A stretch of 64,000 nt of DNA from IMG/VR virus record IMGVR_UViG_3300045988_098456, one strand, 5' to 3'. Every line of letters begins with the position of its first letter. Positions within the stretch are counted from its first letter, which is position 1. Below, piece by piece: positions 50,405 through 59,295 of the stretch. A program made the position numbers and the translations under genes. This DNA comes from a virus. The notes under the pieces are model-generated. The model worked only from the letters and a program-made list of their open reading frames with translations. It was not told where the DNA came from and searched no databases.

Positions 50405-50746
50405 ATGGAAAAAGATAACAGTTGTTTTAAGCTTTTGTTTATTCTTTTTATATTAGGAATTTTTGCTTATATGGGTATTAACGATAGGTCTCATAAAGGT
50501 AAAACTTTTTGGTATGAAGTAATAGATAAACGAGAGTCTGTAGGAAGTCACTTCTCAATTATTAACAAGGGAGTGAGGACAGATTATAATATAATATTCA
50601 AACGAATTGATAACGGAAAGCTGTTCCCATGTAAAGATGTGGAGTATGAAGACTATATTCAATATCAGTTAAACTACAAATACTCCATAACAGAGGAAGA
50701 TATGCAAAAGCTTTCAGGTATTTATAATAGAGATTTCTATAAGTAA
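50405..50746 (+). CDS. membrane-anchored protein (113 aa)
   Basis: CFKLLFILFILGIFAYMGI. Confidence 0.55.
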   Translation: MEKDNSCFKLLFILFILGIFAYMGINDRSHKGKTFWYEVIDKRESVGSHFSIINKGVRTDYNIIFKRIDNGKLFPCKDVEYEDYIQYQLNYKYSITEEDMQKLSGIYNRDFYK

Positions 50747-50760
50747 TAAAAATAGAGAAT

Positions 50761-51132
50761 ATGGAAAAATATAAATATACAAATAAAGAGGAAAGACCCA
50801 TTCCAAAATATAAGAATGGTGATATTGCTTGGTATATAGATGGTTTGTTTGAACATCCGCAACGCTGTATTATAAAGGGATGTTGCAACGTTTCTTGGTT
50901 CGAGGGGAACGAATTTAATTCTTCGGGTTGGTGGATAGATTACAAATACAAGCCCGACTATTGTGAACGAACTAAACAGCATACAATTAGAGAGGAATCA
51001 CTTTTTGATACCGAGCAAGAAGCTTTAATTGCATTGTTCGAGCAGTTTAAAGAAAAAGTAAAACGTAAAGTAGAATTCTTTAATAAAGAGTCAAAAAAGC
51101 TTGGTATTAAACAAGAGTTGCGACTGCTTTAA
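50761..51132 (+). CDS. hypothetical protein (123 aa)
   Basis: Track ORF; last rightward gene of the block. Confidence 0.55.
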   Translation: MEKYKYTNKEERPIPKYKNGDIAWYIDGLFEHPQRCIIKGCCNVSWFEGNEFNSSGWWIDYKYKPDYCERTKQHTIREESLFDTEQEALIALFEQFKEKVKRKVEFFNKESKKLGIKQELRLL

Positions 51133-51139
51133 AAAGGGT

Positions 51140-51160
51140 AGGGGAAGTTATTCTTCCCCT
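51140..51160. terminator. bidirectional hairpin at the convergent junction
   Basis: AGGGGAAG-TTATT-CTTCCCCT. Confidence 0.6.
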
Positions 51161-51585
51161 ATCTCTTTTAAACCCAAATCTATTAATAGCTTATCCAATA
51201 TCTCATTCACGTCATTACGGAAACTTCGGTAAGTAACATAATAGAAACTGATGTTTTTGTAATCATGGCTTACATTAGAACATGTACACCCCAAAACCTT
51301 AGCGATTTTTTCTCTTAACCCTCTTCTCATCTTAGAACCGCCAAGGGCACTAGGAGAATAAAGATAAAGAATAACAAAGATAAATTGCTTGCGTACCATT
51401 GTGGAATTTCGTCCGGCATGATAGCTCATAAACTTATCGTAAATATTGCCTACTTGCGATAAATCTTGCATCAATGGAATGGAAAGACTTATTTCTTCCT
51501 TGGATAAGATGGCCTTAGTTTCTCTAATCCATTTTATGCGTTCCATGATTTTCTTTAGATTCGTTTCAATGTCTGGTTCTTTCAT
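51148..51585 (-). CDS. DnaA-domain-IV-like HTH protein (tentative)
   Basis: KQFIFVILYLYS...KIAKVLGCTCSNVSHDYKNI loosely resembles Bac_DnaA_C. Confidence 0.4.
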   Translation of the reverse strand: MKEPDIETNLKKIMERIKWIRETKAILSKEEISLSIPLMQDLSQVGNIYDKFMSYHAGRNSTMVRKQFIFVILYLYSPSALGGSKMRRGLREKIAKVLGCTCSNVSHDYKNISFYYVTYRSFRNDVNEILDKLLIDLGLKEIGEE

Positions 51586-51597
51586 TCTTTTCTATTT

Positions 51598-51744
51598 TTA
51601 ATCCAACATTTCATAGACGAAGTTAACCTCGTCTGCATCTATTTGTTTCCTAAACTTTTCTATGTTAGAAACTATCAACGAGCAGTGCTCAAACGAACTC
51701 TGCCCATTGATAACTTTTTCTATTCTTGTTATTCGGTATCTCAT
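51598..51744 (-). CDS. hypothetical protein (48 aa)
   Basis: Hand-translated; ATGA overlap with the upstream gene. Confidence 0.35.
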   Translation of the reverse strand: MRYRITRIEKVINGQSSFEHCSLIVSNIEKFRKQIDADEVNFVYEMLD

Positions 51745-52283
51745 TTTATTTCGATAAGTGTTAAAATACAATACCCCAATAAGTCTTTATAGCTGTCAAG
51801 AATAGGCTCTTCTTTAGCATCCTCGTTCAAAGTAAGCAAAGAGCAAATACGATTAATCTTCTCTTGCAAATGACCGAATGCATACGGATAACCATCCTTA
51901 GAGAAACATTCCGAGAAAGCGTTTCCATACCGCTTATTCTTGGTTTTGAAAAGCTCGATTTGCGACCCGATGATGTCGTTATAATCAGAAACAATATACC
52001 AAGAGAGCGTAAGCAAGGCTTCCATCGCCATTACGCTGATATGATTTCGTAAGGTTTCTTTGTCTTCAGAAGATGCTCGAATCTCATACATAAGACGAAG
52101 GAAATTGGCTGCGCTTGAAAATAATCCGAGCTTCCCGAAGTCCTCCCTTAGAGATGAAACGAAAGTGGCATTATCCTTGCATTCAATCATGTCTGCCAAA
52201 CGTCTTATCACAAAGATATACTTGTTAGCATATTCGCAACACCCATTGTTATTTTGTTCCACCATGTCCGTATCCTCCTCCAC
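51741..52283 (-). CDS. DUF1599-like protein
   Basis: KNKRYGNAF...LQEKINRICSL...DSYKDLLGYCILTLI matches the DUF1599 pattern from memory. Confidence 0.55.
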   Translation of the reverse strand: MEEDTDMVEQNNNGCCEYANKYIFVIRRLADMIECKDNATFVSSLREDFGKLGLFSSAANFLRLMYEIRASSEDKETLRNHISVMAMEALLTLSWYIVSDYNDIIGSQIELFKTKNKRYGNAFSECFSKDGYPYAFGHLQEKINRICSLLTLNEDAKEEPILDSYKDLLGYCILTLIEIK

Positions 52284-52836
52284 GATTATTTTCCATATTC
52301 AACTCTCCAAGTATGCAATCTGGATTTTCTACCTTGCGGAATGCGCCCTGGCAAACACGAGTGCCTTTCTTGACTACGAAAACATAATATTCGTAATCTG
52401 AATCTAGTTTGAATTTGCTATCCTTTGTCGGCATATAACGGTCGGAATTAACTCTATAAAGCGCACCAATATCGTTTCTATAGTCTTCATCGACCAAACC
52501 TAGACAAATATCAATGTCCGCTCTAACATTAGTCATGTAACCAACTTGTGTTTCGTTCTTACCAATAAAGGCCACATCAACTTCCATACCTTTGTCAGTA
52601 AAGCCAGAACGTGAACGAATATCCAAGCCAACACCTTTAGGAAGTTCAATTCCTAAATGTAGGTTGATGTGACCTCTACCCATTTTCACCCAAGGCATAT
52701 TCAACACTACATCTTGTGGGCAGTAAAAATCAACTGCCGCTGCATTACCTTCCTTATAAGGAACGCTACCACCTCGCAAGTCAAGTACATAAGCCTTGCC
52801 TTGTGCAACTAACTTTTTTATTAACTCCTTATCCAT
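52249..52836 (-). CDS. dut: dUTPase-superfamily enzyme
   Basis: GLVDEDYRNDIG (motif III) and C-terminal RGGGYGHGGT (motif V); 195 aa, longer than the minimal enzyme. Confidence 0.75.
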   Translation of the reverse strand: MDKELIKKLVAQGKAYVLDLRGGSVPYKEGNAAAVDFYCPQDVVLNMPWVKMGRGHINLHLGIELPKGVGLDIRSRSGFTDKGMEVDVAFIGKNETQVGYMTNVRADIDICLGLVDEDYRNDIGALYRVNSDRYMPTKDSKFKLDSDYEYYVFVVKKGTRVCQGAFRKVENPDCILGELNMENNRGGGYGHGGTK

Positions 52837-53029
52837 TGTATATAAAGCCTAAATCATTTAAAGTTCTACAATTCTTAACCAGTCCTTTTGCCCATAAATT
52901 GCGCAACTCAGGTAACGGGTCTTTTCCGTACCTATTCTTTATGGTTGCTAAGGTCAAGATTTCCGGTTTAATATGTTTATCTCTTTTCTGCTGCCTTAGC
53001 TTCTTCAGAATATTCACTAAATCTTCCAT
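52829..53029 (-). CDS. hypothetical protein (66 aa)
   Basis: Track ORF. Confidence 0.45.
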   Translation of the reverse strand: MEDLVNILKKLRQQKRDKHIKPEILTLATIKNRYGKDPLPELRNLWAKGLVKNCRTLNDLGFIYNG

Positions 53030-53450
53030 TGACGAAATTCTCCATTGTTATATTGTCAACACCAAATTTATCAGCCAGATTATCGTTCCCAATAATCAGC
53101 CAATTAGATTTGTCTTTGAGAAACTCTATACTCTCGGTGCTTTTTGCAGCATCAACAAAAGTATCATCAATATTATCAGTAGAGCAATATGGAATTACCG
53201 CCTTATCAGCAAACATGGAAATTTCGTATGTAATAACCGATACCATTTTCTTGAATGTTATATAGCTTGAATACATTACTTGGTTCTTGTCATATCCTAA
53301 GATGTTGACACGGACTATATTATCATCTGCTTCCAACGCTCTAAAGAAATCGTGCTTTAGCTGAAAATCCGTAATATCTACAGGATGCTCATTACCCGAT
53401 GGAATACTTATAATATCCAACAGGCTTACAAAAATAACTTTTTTAACCAT
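52977..53450 (-). CDS. hypothetical protein (157 aa)
   Basis: Track ORF. Confidence 0.55.
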   Translation of the reverse strand: MVKKVIFVSLLDIISIPSGNEHPVDITDFQLKHDFFRALEADDNIVRVNILGYDKNQVMYSSYITFKKMVSVITYEISMFADKAVIPYCSTDNIDDTFVDAAKSTESIEFLKDKSNWLIIGNDNLADKFGVDNITMENFVNGRFSEYSEEAKAAEKR

Positions 53451-53703
53451 TGTCTTCTTCTGTTAATAATTTATCTATTGTTTTTTCTAATTCGTCTAAT
53501 CTTAGAGTATAATCCTCTTCGTAAACACATGTCAATGTAGAAATAAAGAACTTATCATTATCTGTTCTCAATTCAATCTCCATGTATTCCTCGTAATAGC
53601 TATCGTATTTAATCGCTATCGAAAAGGAGTTCATGCAATCTGGGTTAAACCTCCTCTGCAAAGCTTGTGCTCTCGTAAACGCATCATTGAATTCGTTTGT
53701 CAT
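53443..53703 (-). CDS. hypothetical protein (86 aa)
   Basis: Track ORF. Confidence 0.55.
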   Translation of the reverse strand: MTNEFNDAFTRAQALQRRFNPDCMNSFSIAIKYDSYYEEYMEIELRTDNDKFFISTLTCVYEEDYTLRLDELEKTIDKLLTEEDNG

Positions 53704-54086
53704 GGTTCAATCTTTTGTGTAAGCATTTCTCTGTTCTTTGCCATTGCATCATGGAAGCCTATATCGTATCTGTCGGTCTGCTCCAGCTCATAGTTCCGCT
53801 TTATAAGTTCACTTGTCTGATACGAACTCTTTGCTAGTTGAATTTTAAAATAGATAAACTCAACAAACATAACCATAAAGCAGATAGCAAAGCCTATTAT
53901 TACTGCTGCCTTTGTATTCTCCTTACAGAACCTTACAATACACTTAGCAAGCCAGCATGTTGTACTAACTATGCCTACAAGTACAAGGTAAGGAATTCGT
54001 AAAAGAACCTTACATAACATACCCATAGTACTCTTCGTATAAGATGCGAAATCCGTACTTGTAAGAACTAACTTTAACTTATTCAT
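53700..54086 (-). CDS. integral membrane protein (128 aa)
   Basis: Hydrophobic segments LVLVGIVSTTCWLA and AAVIIGFAICFMVMFVEFIYF. Confidence 0.6.
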   Translation of the reverse strand: MNKLKLVLTSTDFASYTKSTMGMLCKVLLRIPYLVLVGIVSTTCWLAKCIVRFCKENTKAAVIIGFAICFMVMFVEFIYFKIQLAKSSYQTSELIKRNYELEQTDRYDIGFHDAMAKNREMLTQKIEP

Positions 54087-54094
54087 ATTTTAGC

Positions 54095-54574
54095 CTATTT
54101 AATGTTTATCAAAAGTCTTTTGTTAACGAACCACAACAAATCAATACCATTCATCATGCAATATCCGCAAAGCATGCCAATCAAGATTATAATCTTCTTG
54201 AACACTCGGTAATGTGTCATTTCAATCTTCAGCATAGACATCATCAAGTCTTCAAAGGAACGGTCTCTCATTGAATCAGGGTCTAGCCTCAACGATTTGA
54301 CATTCATCTTGTACTTATTGGCCATTGAGAATAATGTAATAGCAAACTCTGCTAATTTGTCCTCTAGAGTTCCGGCAACGAGTTTCGAATATATTTCTAT
54401 CGTACCACGTCCATTAACATTTTCATATTCCCAACGTTTGGCGTTGAAACGTCCTTCGTATTTGCGCATTTCTACAATAGCATCAATTACGTTAAATGTT
54501 TCTGCTCTTTGGGTCTGGCTAGCAACATCAAAGTTGCAAGCCTCTATAATCTGTTCTATTTCTGCTATCTCCAT
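54095..54574 (-). CDS. hypothetical protein (159 aa)
   Basis: Track ORF. Confidence 0.55.
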   Translation of the reverse strand: MEIAEIEQIIEACNFDVASQTQRAETFNVIDAIVEMRKYEGRFNAKRWEYENVNGRGTIEIYSKLVAGTLEDKLAEFAITLFSMANKYKMNVKSLRLDPDSMRDRSFEDLMMSMLKIEMTHYRVFKKIIILIGMLCGYCMMNGIDLLWFVNKRLLINIK

Positions 54575-54575
54575 T

Positions 54576-54869
54576 TTATACTATTGAATCTAAGTCAAAA
54601 TCATTAGAAGGAATGAAAGCCACATGGTCTTTCTCCCTTGTCATCGTTTTCTCTCCTGTTCGCACGCAATTAATTTGCTTGGGATTTTTATGTCGTACCA
54701 CAAATGTTCCAAAGCTGCGTATCATAACACGGTCTCTGTTGCGCAACGATTGTTTTGTGAGGTCTATGAAATAATTCACAATGGCTTGAACATCATCCTT
54801 GCGGAACTTTTTTCCATTTACATCTCTAAGGTTCTTAATGATTGCCTTGACAATTTCTTCTTTCTTCAT
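54576..54869 (-). CDS. HU/IHF-family DNA-binding protein
   Basis: VMIRSFGTFVVRHKNPKQINCVRTGEKTMTREKDHVAFIPS. Confidence 0.8.
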   Translation of the reverse strand: MKKEEIVKAIIKNLRDVNGKKFRKDDVQAIVNYFIDLTKQSLRNRDRVMIRSFGTFVVRHKNPKQINCVRTGEKTMTREKDHVAFIPSNDFDLDSIV

Positions 54870-55575
54870 ATTCTCTAAGTTTTTTATTCCCTAAACTTCT
54901 AATCAAGTCGTATGGGTCTATACCATATTTCTTAACGAAACATTCTCTTAGCTTGCATATAGCCTTAAAATCGGCATTTGTTGTATTCTTGACTATCATA
55001 TAAGCTGAGTCTAATCTAGCATCAGCTTTAGGAGCTTTAACCCGAAAAATCTTGTTGCCTTTCTCGTCTTCGATAAGTTCTATATTAACTTCCTCGCCAT
55101 TAGCTTTTTTTCTTGCCGCCCATTCTTCATAAGTGATGGCATTTTGCTTGATAGCCTCATCTTCTTTAGCCTCTTTCTCTTTCTGTATATTTGCCTCTAC
55201 TGCTTTTATGGCATCTATGCGGTGGGAACAGAAAGTATTCAAGCTCTTTGTTATAACTTGCGGATTTGGCTTCTTGTAGAATTTCTCAAACTTTCCGGCA
55301 ATAAACATCTTGAAGAAAGTAATCAGCTCGTTCAGATTAAGGAAATAATACTCATCCTTTATAGCATTTGCAGTCATTATCTTGATATTGTCAGTAACCT
55401 CATTATTTACAAAGCCACAAATACCATAGACATCAGAAATCCATGCTACAAGCCATGTTATTGCACTTCCTTCTCCATAACATAAGTCAAGATAGGTAAG
55501 TGTTGGTGCGTTGCTTTTGAAAGCTTTTCCGATTGGCATCTTACTACCTACTTGGCTTGATGGAGAGAAAGACAT
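54835..55575 (-). CDS. hypothetical replication-module protein (track ORF extends to 55737)
   Basis: Start placed at the first Met downstream of the upstream stop (55601); no family recognised. Confidence 0.5.
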   Translation of the reverse strand: MSFSPSSQVGSKMPIGKAFKSNAPTLTYLDLCYGEGSAITWLVAWISDVYGICGFVNNEVTDNIKIMTANAIKDEYYFLNLNELITFFKMFIAGKFEKFYKKPNPQVITKSLNTFCSHRIDAIKAVEANIQKEKEAKEDEAIKQNAITYEEWAARKKANGEEVNIELIEDEKGNKIFRVKAPKADARLDSAYMIVKNTTNADFKAICKLRECFVKKYGIDPYDLIRSLGNKKLREYEERRNCQGNH

Positions 55576-55600
55576 TAGAACGTTATCGAATGTTCCGTAC

Positions 55601-56296
55601 TCATTGAATATTCGTTGCTTTTCTCTGTTGATTGAGACGCTGCACGAGGTCAGCTGATTCTTGGTAATAGCCTTGCTCTGCGTCTTTATTAGTCCCTTGC
55701 TTTCTATCATCATAATTTCCTTCCAATACTTTAACAAAATTATTTGGTCTCATAATCCAATCAAAACTCGCCATCCATCCATTACTACCATTAAGGAATG
55801 AAGATGCTGCCGCCTTGTCAATCATCAACTTCATCTGCTCACTCCCATATTCTTTAAGCCGTGAATTAATCATTGACTTTCTCTTCGATGTCAGGGCATG
55901 AACTAGAGGCATTCCTCTTCCAGCGATAACCTTATTGAAATATTCGCAAACCTTCTTTGCTTTATCATCCACTTGTTGTACACTAGGTACGTTATTCAAT
56001 GCTATTCGTTCAGGTTCATTATTGTGTTGCTTAGATTCTTCACCTTCAGCAAATTCTATGTTGTCTTCATGCTTCCAAATAAAGACTTTTCCGTTTCCGA
56101 TAGATAACATTTGTTTCTCAAATAGCCCATCAATAGCTTTTTTTGTCTTTGCCACCGACATACCTATCTTTTCCGATAATCCTTTGTTGCTCCCATATAC
56201 ATATCCGTCTTTGTCAGCATTAAATGAAAGACGGACGAAAGCGACTAATTCATCAGCATCCAAGCTGCACGCTTTTTCGTCTAATTTTACTACCAT
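55601..56296 (-). CDS. replication initiator/organizer (winged-helix N-domain + DnaD/Phg_2220_C-like C-domain)
   Basis: N-terminal LSEKIGMSVAKTKKAIDGLFEKQML; C-terminal INSRLKEYGSEQMKLMIDKAAASSFLNG...DWIMRPNNFVKVLEGNY. Confidence 0.6.
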   Translation of the reverse strand: MVVKLDEKACSLDADELVAFVRLSFNADKDGYVYGSNKGLSEKIGMSVAKTKKAIDGLFEKQMLSIGNGKVFIWKHEDNIEFAEGEESKQHNNEPERIALNNVPSVQQVDDKAKKVCEYFNKVIAGRGMPLVHALTSKRKSMINSRLKEYGSEQMKLMIDKAAASSFLNGSNGWMASFDWIMRPNNFVKVLEGNYDDRKQGTNKDAEQGYYQESADLVQRLNQQRKATNIQ

Positions 56297-56299
56297 ATC

Positions 56300-57472
56300 T
56301 TAAAAGAATGCATTTGTTAATTGTTTATTTCCACTCATTATTACCCACTTTCCTTTGCCGTTTTGGTCTAGCAATTTCAAGTCTTCAACTTTTCCGAACC
56401 TCTCATAAGTACCACAGAGGTCAACAAACCAAGGTTGTTTCCCTTTTGATAGTCTAAGAAGTCTTCCTACGACTTGATAGTATTGCGCTAATGAACGTGT
56501 TGGCTTTGCATACACGACCGTATCTAACTCCGGATAGTCAAAACCTACGACCAATATTTGACTATTTACCAGTACCTTAGTCTGCCCATTGCGGAAACGC
56601 TCGATGATAGCCTCACGCTCTTTAGGTGGTGTCTCTCCGCAGACCATTTCGCAGTTGGGTATTGAATAGGTCAGCATCTGAGCTTCTTTAACGAACTTAG
56701 TAAAAACCAAGATACCTTTACGTTGTCCACCTCGCTTCGGATTAAGCAATCTTTTGACAACATTAACTAGCCATCCGTACAAATCTACACGTTCATATTC
56801 TTGTTTGACACTTTGGTCAGTGTAATCACGGCAAGTTGAATTGAGCTGCAAGTTTCCTTCGTTCCATTGTGGTGGTGGGCATGTGTAATAGTTCGGAAGA
56901 CAGATATATCCGTTCTTTGCCATATCCTCAACTTGAACATAATAAATAAGCTCCTTGAAAATCTTGTCTCGACTTCTTGTCAGAAACTTCAGTATGCTAC
57001 CATAGTTCTGATAGGAATACAAGCGGAAAGGTGTTGCGGTTAAGCCTATGACCTTACTCTTTAATTTATCAAGAAACTCCTTATACATACCGGATTCAGG
57101 TTTCACTAAATGAACCTCATCAATCAATATGTACTTAAAGTCAGTAAACAATTCGGGATGTCCTTTCACGCTACCAATTGTAGCAAAAGTAACATCGCTG
57201 ATTTCTTTTGATTTAAAGCTAGCGGAATAGATGCTGGCATTATCAAATCCATAAGAACAATACTTCTTGTAGTTTTGTTCCAAAATTTCCTTAGTAGGAG
57301 AGAACACAAGCACTTTATCCTTGAGCCTAGCAGCTATATCTGCCAAAATCAATGATTTGCCCGATGCGGTAGGGAGCACTTCCAGAGCGTTCCAATTTTT
57401 CTTTTCATCCAAGAAAAACTCAACTGCCTTCTTGCTTGCTTCTTCTTGATATGGTCTTAATTTAAACTTCAT
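56300..57472 (-). CDS. SF2 DEAD/DEAH-box DNA helicase
   Basis: RPYQ, PTASGKS (I), DEVH (II), TATP (III), QVVGRLLR (VI). Confidence 0.85.
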   Translation of the reverse strand: MKFKLRPYQEEASKKAVEFFLDEKKNWNALEVLPTASGKSLILADIAARLKDKVLVFSPTKEILEQNYKKYCSYGFDNASIYSASFKSKEISDVTFATIGSVKGHPELFTDFKYILIDEVHLVKPESGMYKEFLDKLKSKVIGLTATPFRLYSYQNYGSILKFLTRSRDKIFKELIYYVQVEDMAKNGYICLPNYYTCPPPQWNEGNLQLNSTCRDYTDQSVKQEYERVDLYGWLVNVVKRLLNPKRGGQRKGILVFTKFVKEAQMLTYSIPNCEMVCGETPPKEREAIIERFRNGQTKVLVNSQILVVGFDYPELDTVVYAKPTRSLAQYYQVVGRLLRLSKGKQPWFVDLCGTYERFGKVEDLKLLDQNGKGKWVIMSGNKQLTNAFF

Positions 57473-57559
57473 TTCACAAATAATATGAAATCACTTTTGT
57501 TACTATATAGGAATGCACAAGTCTTATGCATAACAAAAGCCAATAGAAAAAATGACCTT

Positions 57560-57583
57560 ACAGTTTTTATGGTGTGTCTCACC
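57560..57583 (-). promoter_or_regulatory. leader hairpin box, copy 4
   Basis: Reverse complement reads GGTGAGACACACCATAAAAACTGT; starts about 10 nt after the promoter -7. Confidence 0.75.
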
Positions 57584-57593
57584 AAGACGATTG

Positions 57594-57625
57594 CAAAGGT
57601 ACGAAGAATAATTCAATAATGCAAA
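57594..57625 (-). promoter_or_regulatory. leftward promoter TTTG-N20-TACCTTTG
   Basis: Plus-strand CAAAGGTA-N20-CAAA. Confidence 0.75.
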
Positions 57626-57667
57626 TAAATTAGTGTCTATTGTTGCAGCTATAACATTATTTAAACC

Positions 57668-58195
57668 TTATTGATTATCTTTTTCTTCATTCATTTTCAG
57701 AATTAGAGCCGCATAGTATTTATAGAGTTCCTGTAATTCAAACACCGACCAATTCTTTGCTTGATGTTTCATTACCTCCAATAAATCAACTTGTTGCTCT
57801 CCGAGCCGCTTAACTTCTTCCATATCTAAAGGAACGTGAGGATGCTTCTGCAAATAAGCCAATCTTCCAAGCTTCATTATCAAATTCTTTCTATAACCGA
57901 TAAGATGGTCAGAAGAGAATCTGTTGCATCGTTTGCATTCCGCATTCTGATTACGTGTATCAAAGCGCAAGCTCATATGAGTTCGTCCGCAATAATGCCC
58001 ATTGTCTGCTTGGTCGATTGGTAATATGCGTCCACAACTGATGCATCTGAAGTACTTATAGTGAAACTCTCTAGAGTCTCTCATGCGGATATAAACCGAC
58101 ATAAGTCTATCTAGCTTATCAACCCACTTTTGCTTCTCGCTCCTTTGGCGTTTAGGCTTCTTTCCTCCTTTGTTGAATCTATCATAATATCCCAT
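57668..58195 (-). CDS. NinG/Rap-like recombination protein
   Basis: YIRMRDS...CISCGR...DNGHY...CKRCN pattern; start at the Met after the upstream stop. Confidence 0.6.
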   Translation of the reverse strand: MGYYDRFNKGGKKPKRQRSEKQKWVDKLDRLMSVYIRMRDSREFHYKYFRCISCGRILPIDQADNGHYCGRTHMSLRFDTRNQNAECKRCNRFSSDHLIGYRKNLIMKLGRLAYLQKHPHVPLDMEEVKRLGEQQVDLLEVMKHQAKNWSVFELQELYKYYAALILKMNEEKDNQ

Positions 58196-58199
58196 AACT

Positions 58200-58601
58200 T
58201 TATTCTTTGTTAAATCTAGAATCGTATTTCCATCTAAAATCACCACAATAGTAGCCTTTTACGCAAGCCCTCGTAATGTTCCTACGGATAAGTCCTAGTT
58301 TCCTTGCAGCATCAGCTGCCGATTTATACCAATGAACCTGCTCTCCATATTCGTCAATAGCTATTACTGGTCTTGAATTCCATCCGGCTAATTTCGGATT
58401 TCCTTTTCCTTGGTATATTTCCAAATTTTTGCGCATAGCATCTTGCTTCTCCTTCGGTATACCCATTTCATTCCAAGATATGCCTTTATTCAACGGCTTG
58501 TGCCCTTTAGGAAAATACCCATGATGTTTTACATTAGGTGGAATATATAATTCGTAATTTCCTTTGCTCTGAATATTTTCTAAAATATAATCTCTTTCCA
58601 T
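58200..58601 (-). CDS. homing-endonuclease-like DNA-binding protein
   Basis: GHKPLNKG and SAADAARKLGLIRRNITRACVKG...FRWKY (NUMOD/IENR-like); track N-terminus overlaps a tRNA, so the start is moved to 58601. Confidence 0.45.
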   Translation of the reverse strand: MERDYILENIQSKGNYELYIPPNVKHHGYFPKGHKPLNKGISWNEMGIPKEKQDAMRKNLEIYQGKGNPKLAGWNSRPVIAIDEYGEQVHWYKSAADAARKLGLIRRNITRACVKGYYCGDFRWKYDSRFNKE

Positions 58602-58603
58602 AG

Positions 58604-58676
58604 TTGCTGCTGTGGGGGTCGAACCCACAACCTTTTTCCGTGATAGGAAAACATTCATCCATTGAACTAAGCAGCA
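58604..58676 (-). tRNA. tRNA-Asp-like with anticodon ATC (A34)
   Basis: Acceptor TGCTGCT/AGCAGCA, Asp-like D arm TAGTTCAATGGATGAAT, loop CTATCAC (canonical Asp is CTGTCAC), T arm GTGGG-TTCGACC-CCCAC; one extra nt (6-nt variable or 8-nt loop). Confidence 0.6.
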
Positions 58677-58729
58677 CCACCCCATAGGGGAATTTCAAAC
58701 TAATTAAATATTAAGAAAAATGAAAAGCC

Positions 58730-59188
58730 TTATTCCTTCGGTTTGCCAATATGCAAGAATACATCCATGATTGATGTTTCCTTAAGGCTTGTAATATTGT
58801 AATCAATCATAGTCTTACACATAATCTCATCTACATTCTTACGAGCCTTTTCAATGGTATCACCCTGTACAAGATAACGAACCTTGGTCTTCTTCTCCTT
58901 GTTTGATTTTTCATCAATAGTAATCATGTTAATACTGCAATCGTAGTATTTATCCTCACTATCAACTTCTGAAAGGAACAACTCGGAAAAGCCAGCTTTC
59001 TTCATAGTGACAATCTCCATATCACCATTTGTGTACACCGCCATTTCTTCTGTAGTCTTAGCCTCGCATTCTGACCATGACAAGGCATCTACAACATATT
59101 GCTCTGTAGTTTTAGCGTTAGTTCCGTCTTCTAGAGTTTTCTCATAACGAACACCTACGATAAAATACTTTCCTGTTAATGATTTCAT
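58730..59188 (-). CDS. DUF4494-like protein
   Basis: KYFIVGVRYEKTLEDGTNAKTTEQYVVDALSWSECEAK; start moved off the tRNA. Confidence 0.55.
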   Translation of the reverse strand: MKSLTGKYFIVGVRYEKTLEDGTNAKTTEQYVVDALSWSECEAKTTEEMAVYTNGDMEIVTMKKAGFSELFLSEVDSEDKYYDCSINMITIDEKSNKEKKTKVRYLVQGDTIEKARKNVDEIMCKTMIDYNITSLKETSIMDVFLHIGKPKE

Positions 59189-59214
59189 ATTCTTTATTTT
59201 TATGTTAGAGAATG

Positions 59215-59288
59215 TGGTATCGGTTAGGCTTGAACTCACGACCTAATGTTTAGGGAACATTTGCTCTATCCAACTGAGCTACGACACC
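59215..59288 (-). tRNA. tRNA-Arg(CCT)-like with T32-C33 loop
   Basis: Acceptor GGTGTCG/CGATACC, D arm GCTC-AGTTGGAT-AGAGC, anticodon arm AATGT-TCCCTAA-ACATT, T arm GTGAG-TTCAAGC-CTAAC (one G-A mismatch). Confidence 0.55.
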
Positions 59289-59295
59289 AAGCATC

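Noticed and set aside
58602-58685. N-terminal extensions of track ORFs 58200..58685 and 58730..59239
   Set aside because: The extensions overlap tRNA genes on the same strand (58604-58676 and 59215-59288). Internal Met codons immediately downstream of the tRNAs give sensible starts.
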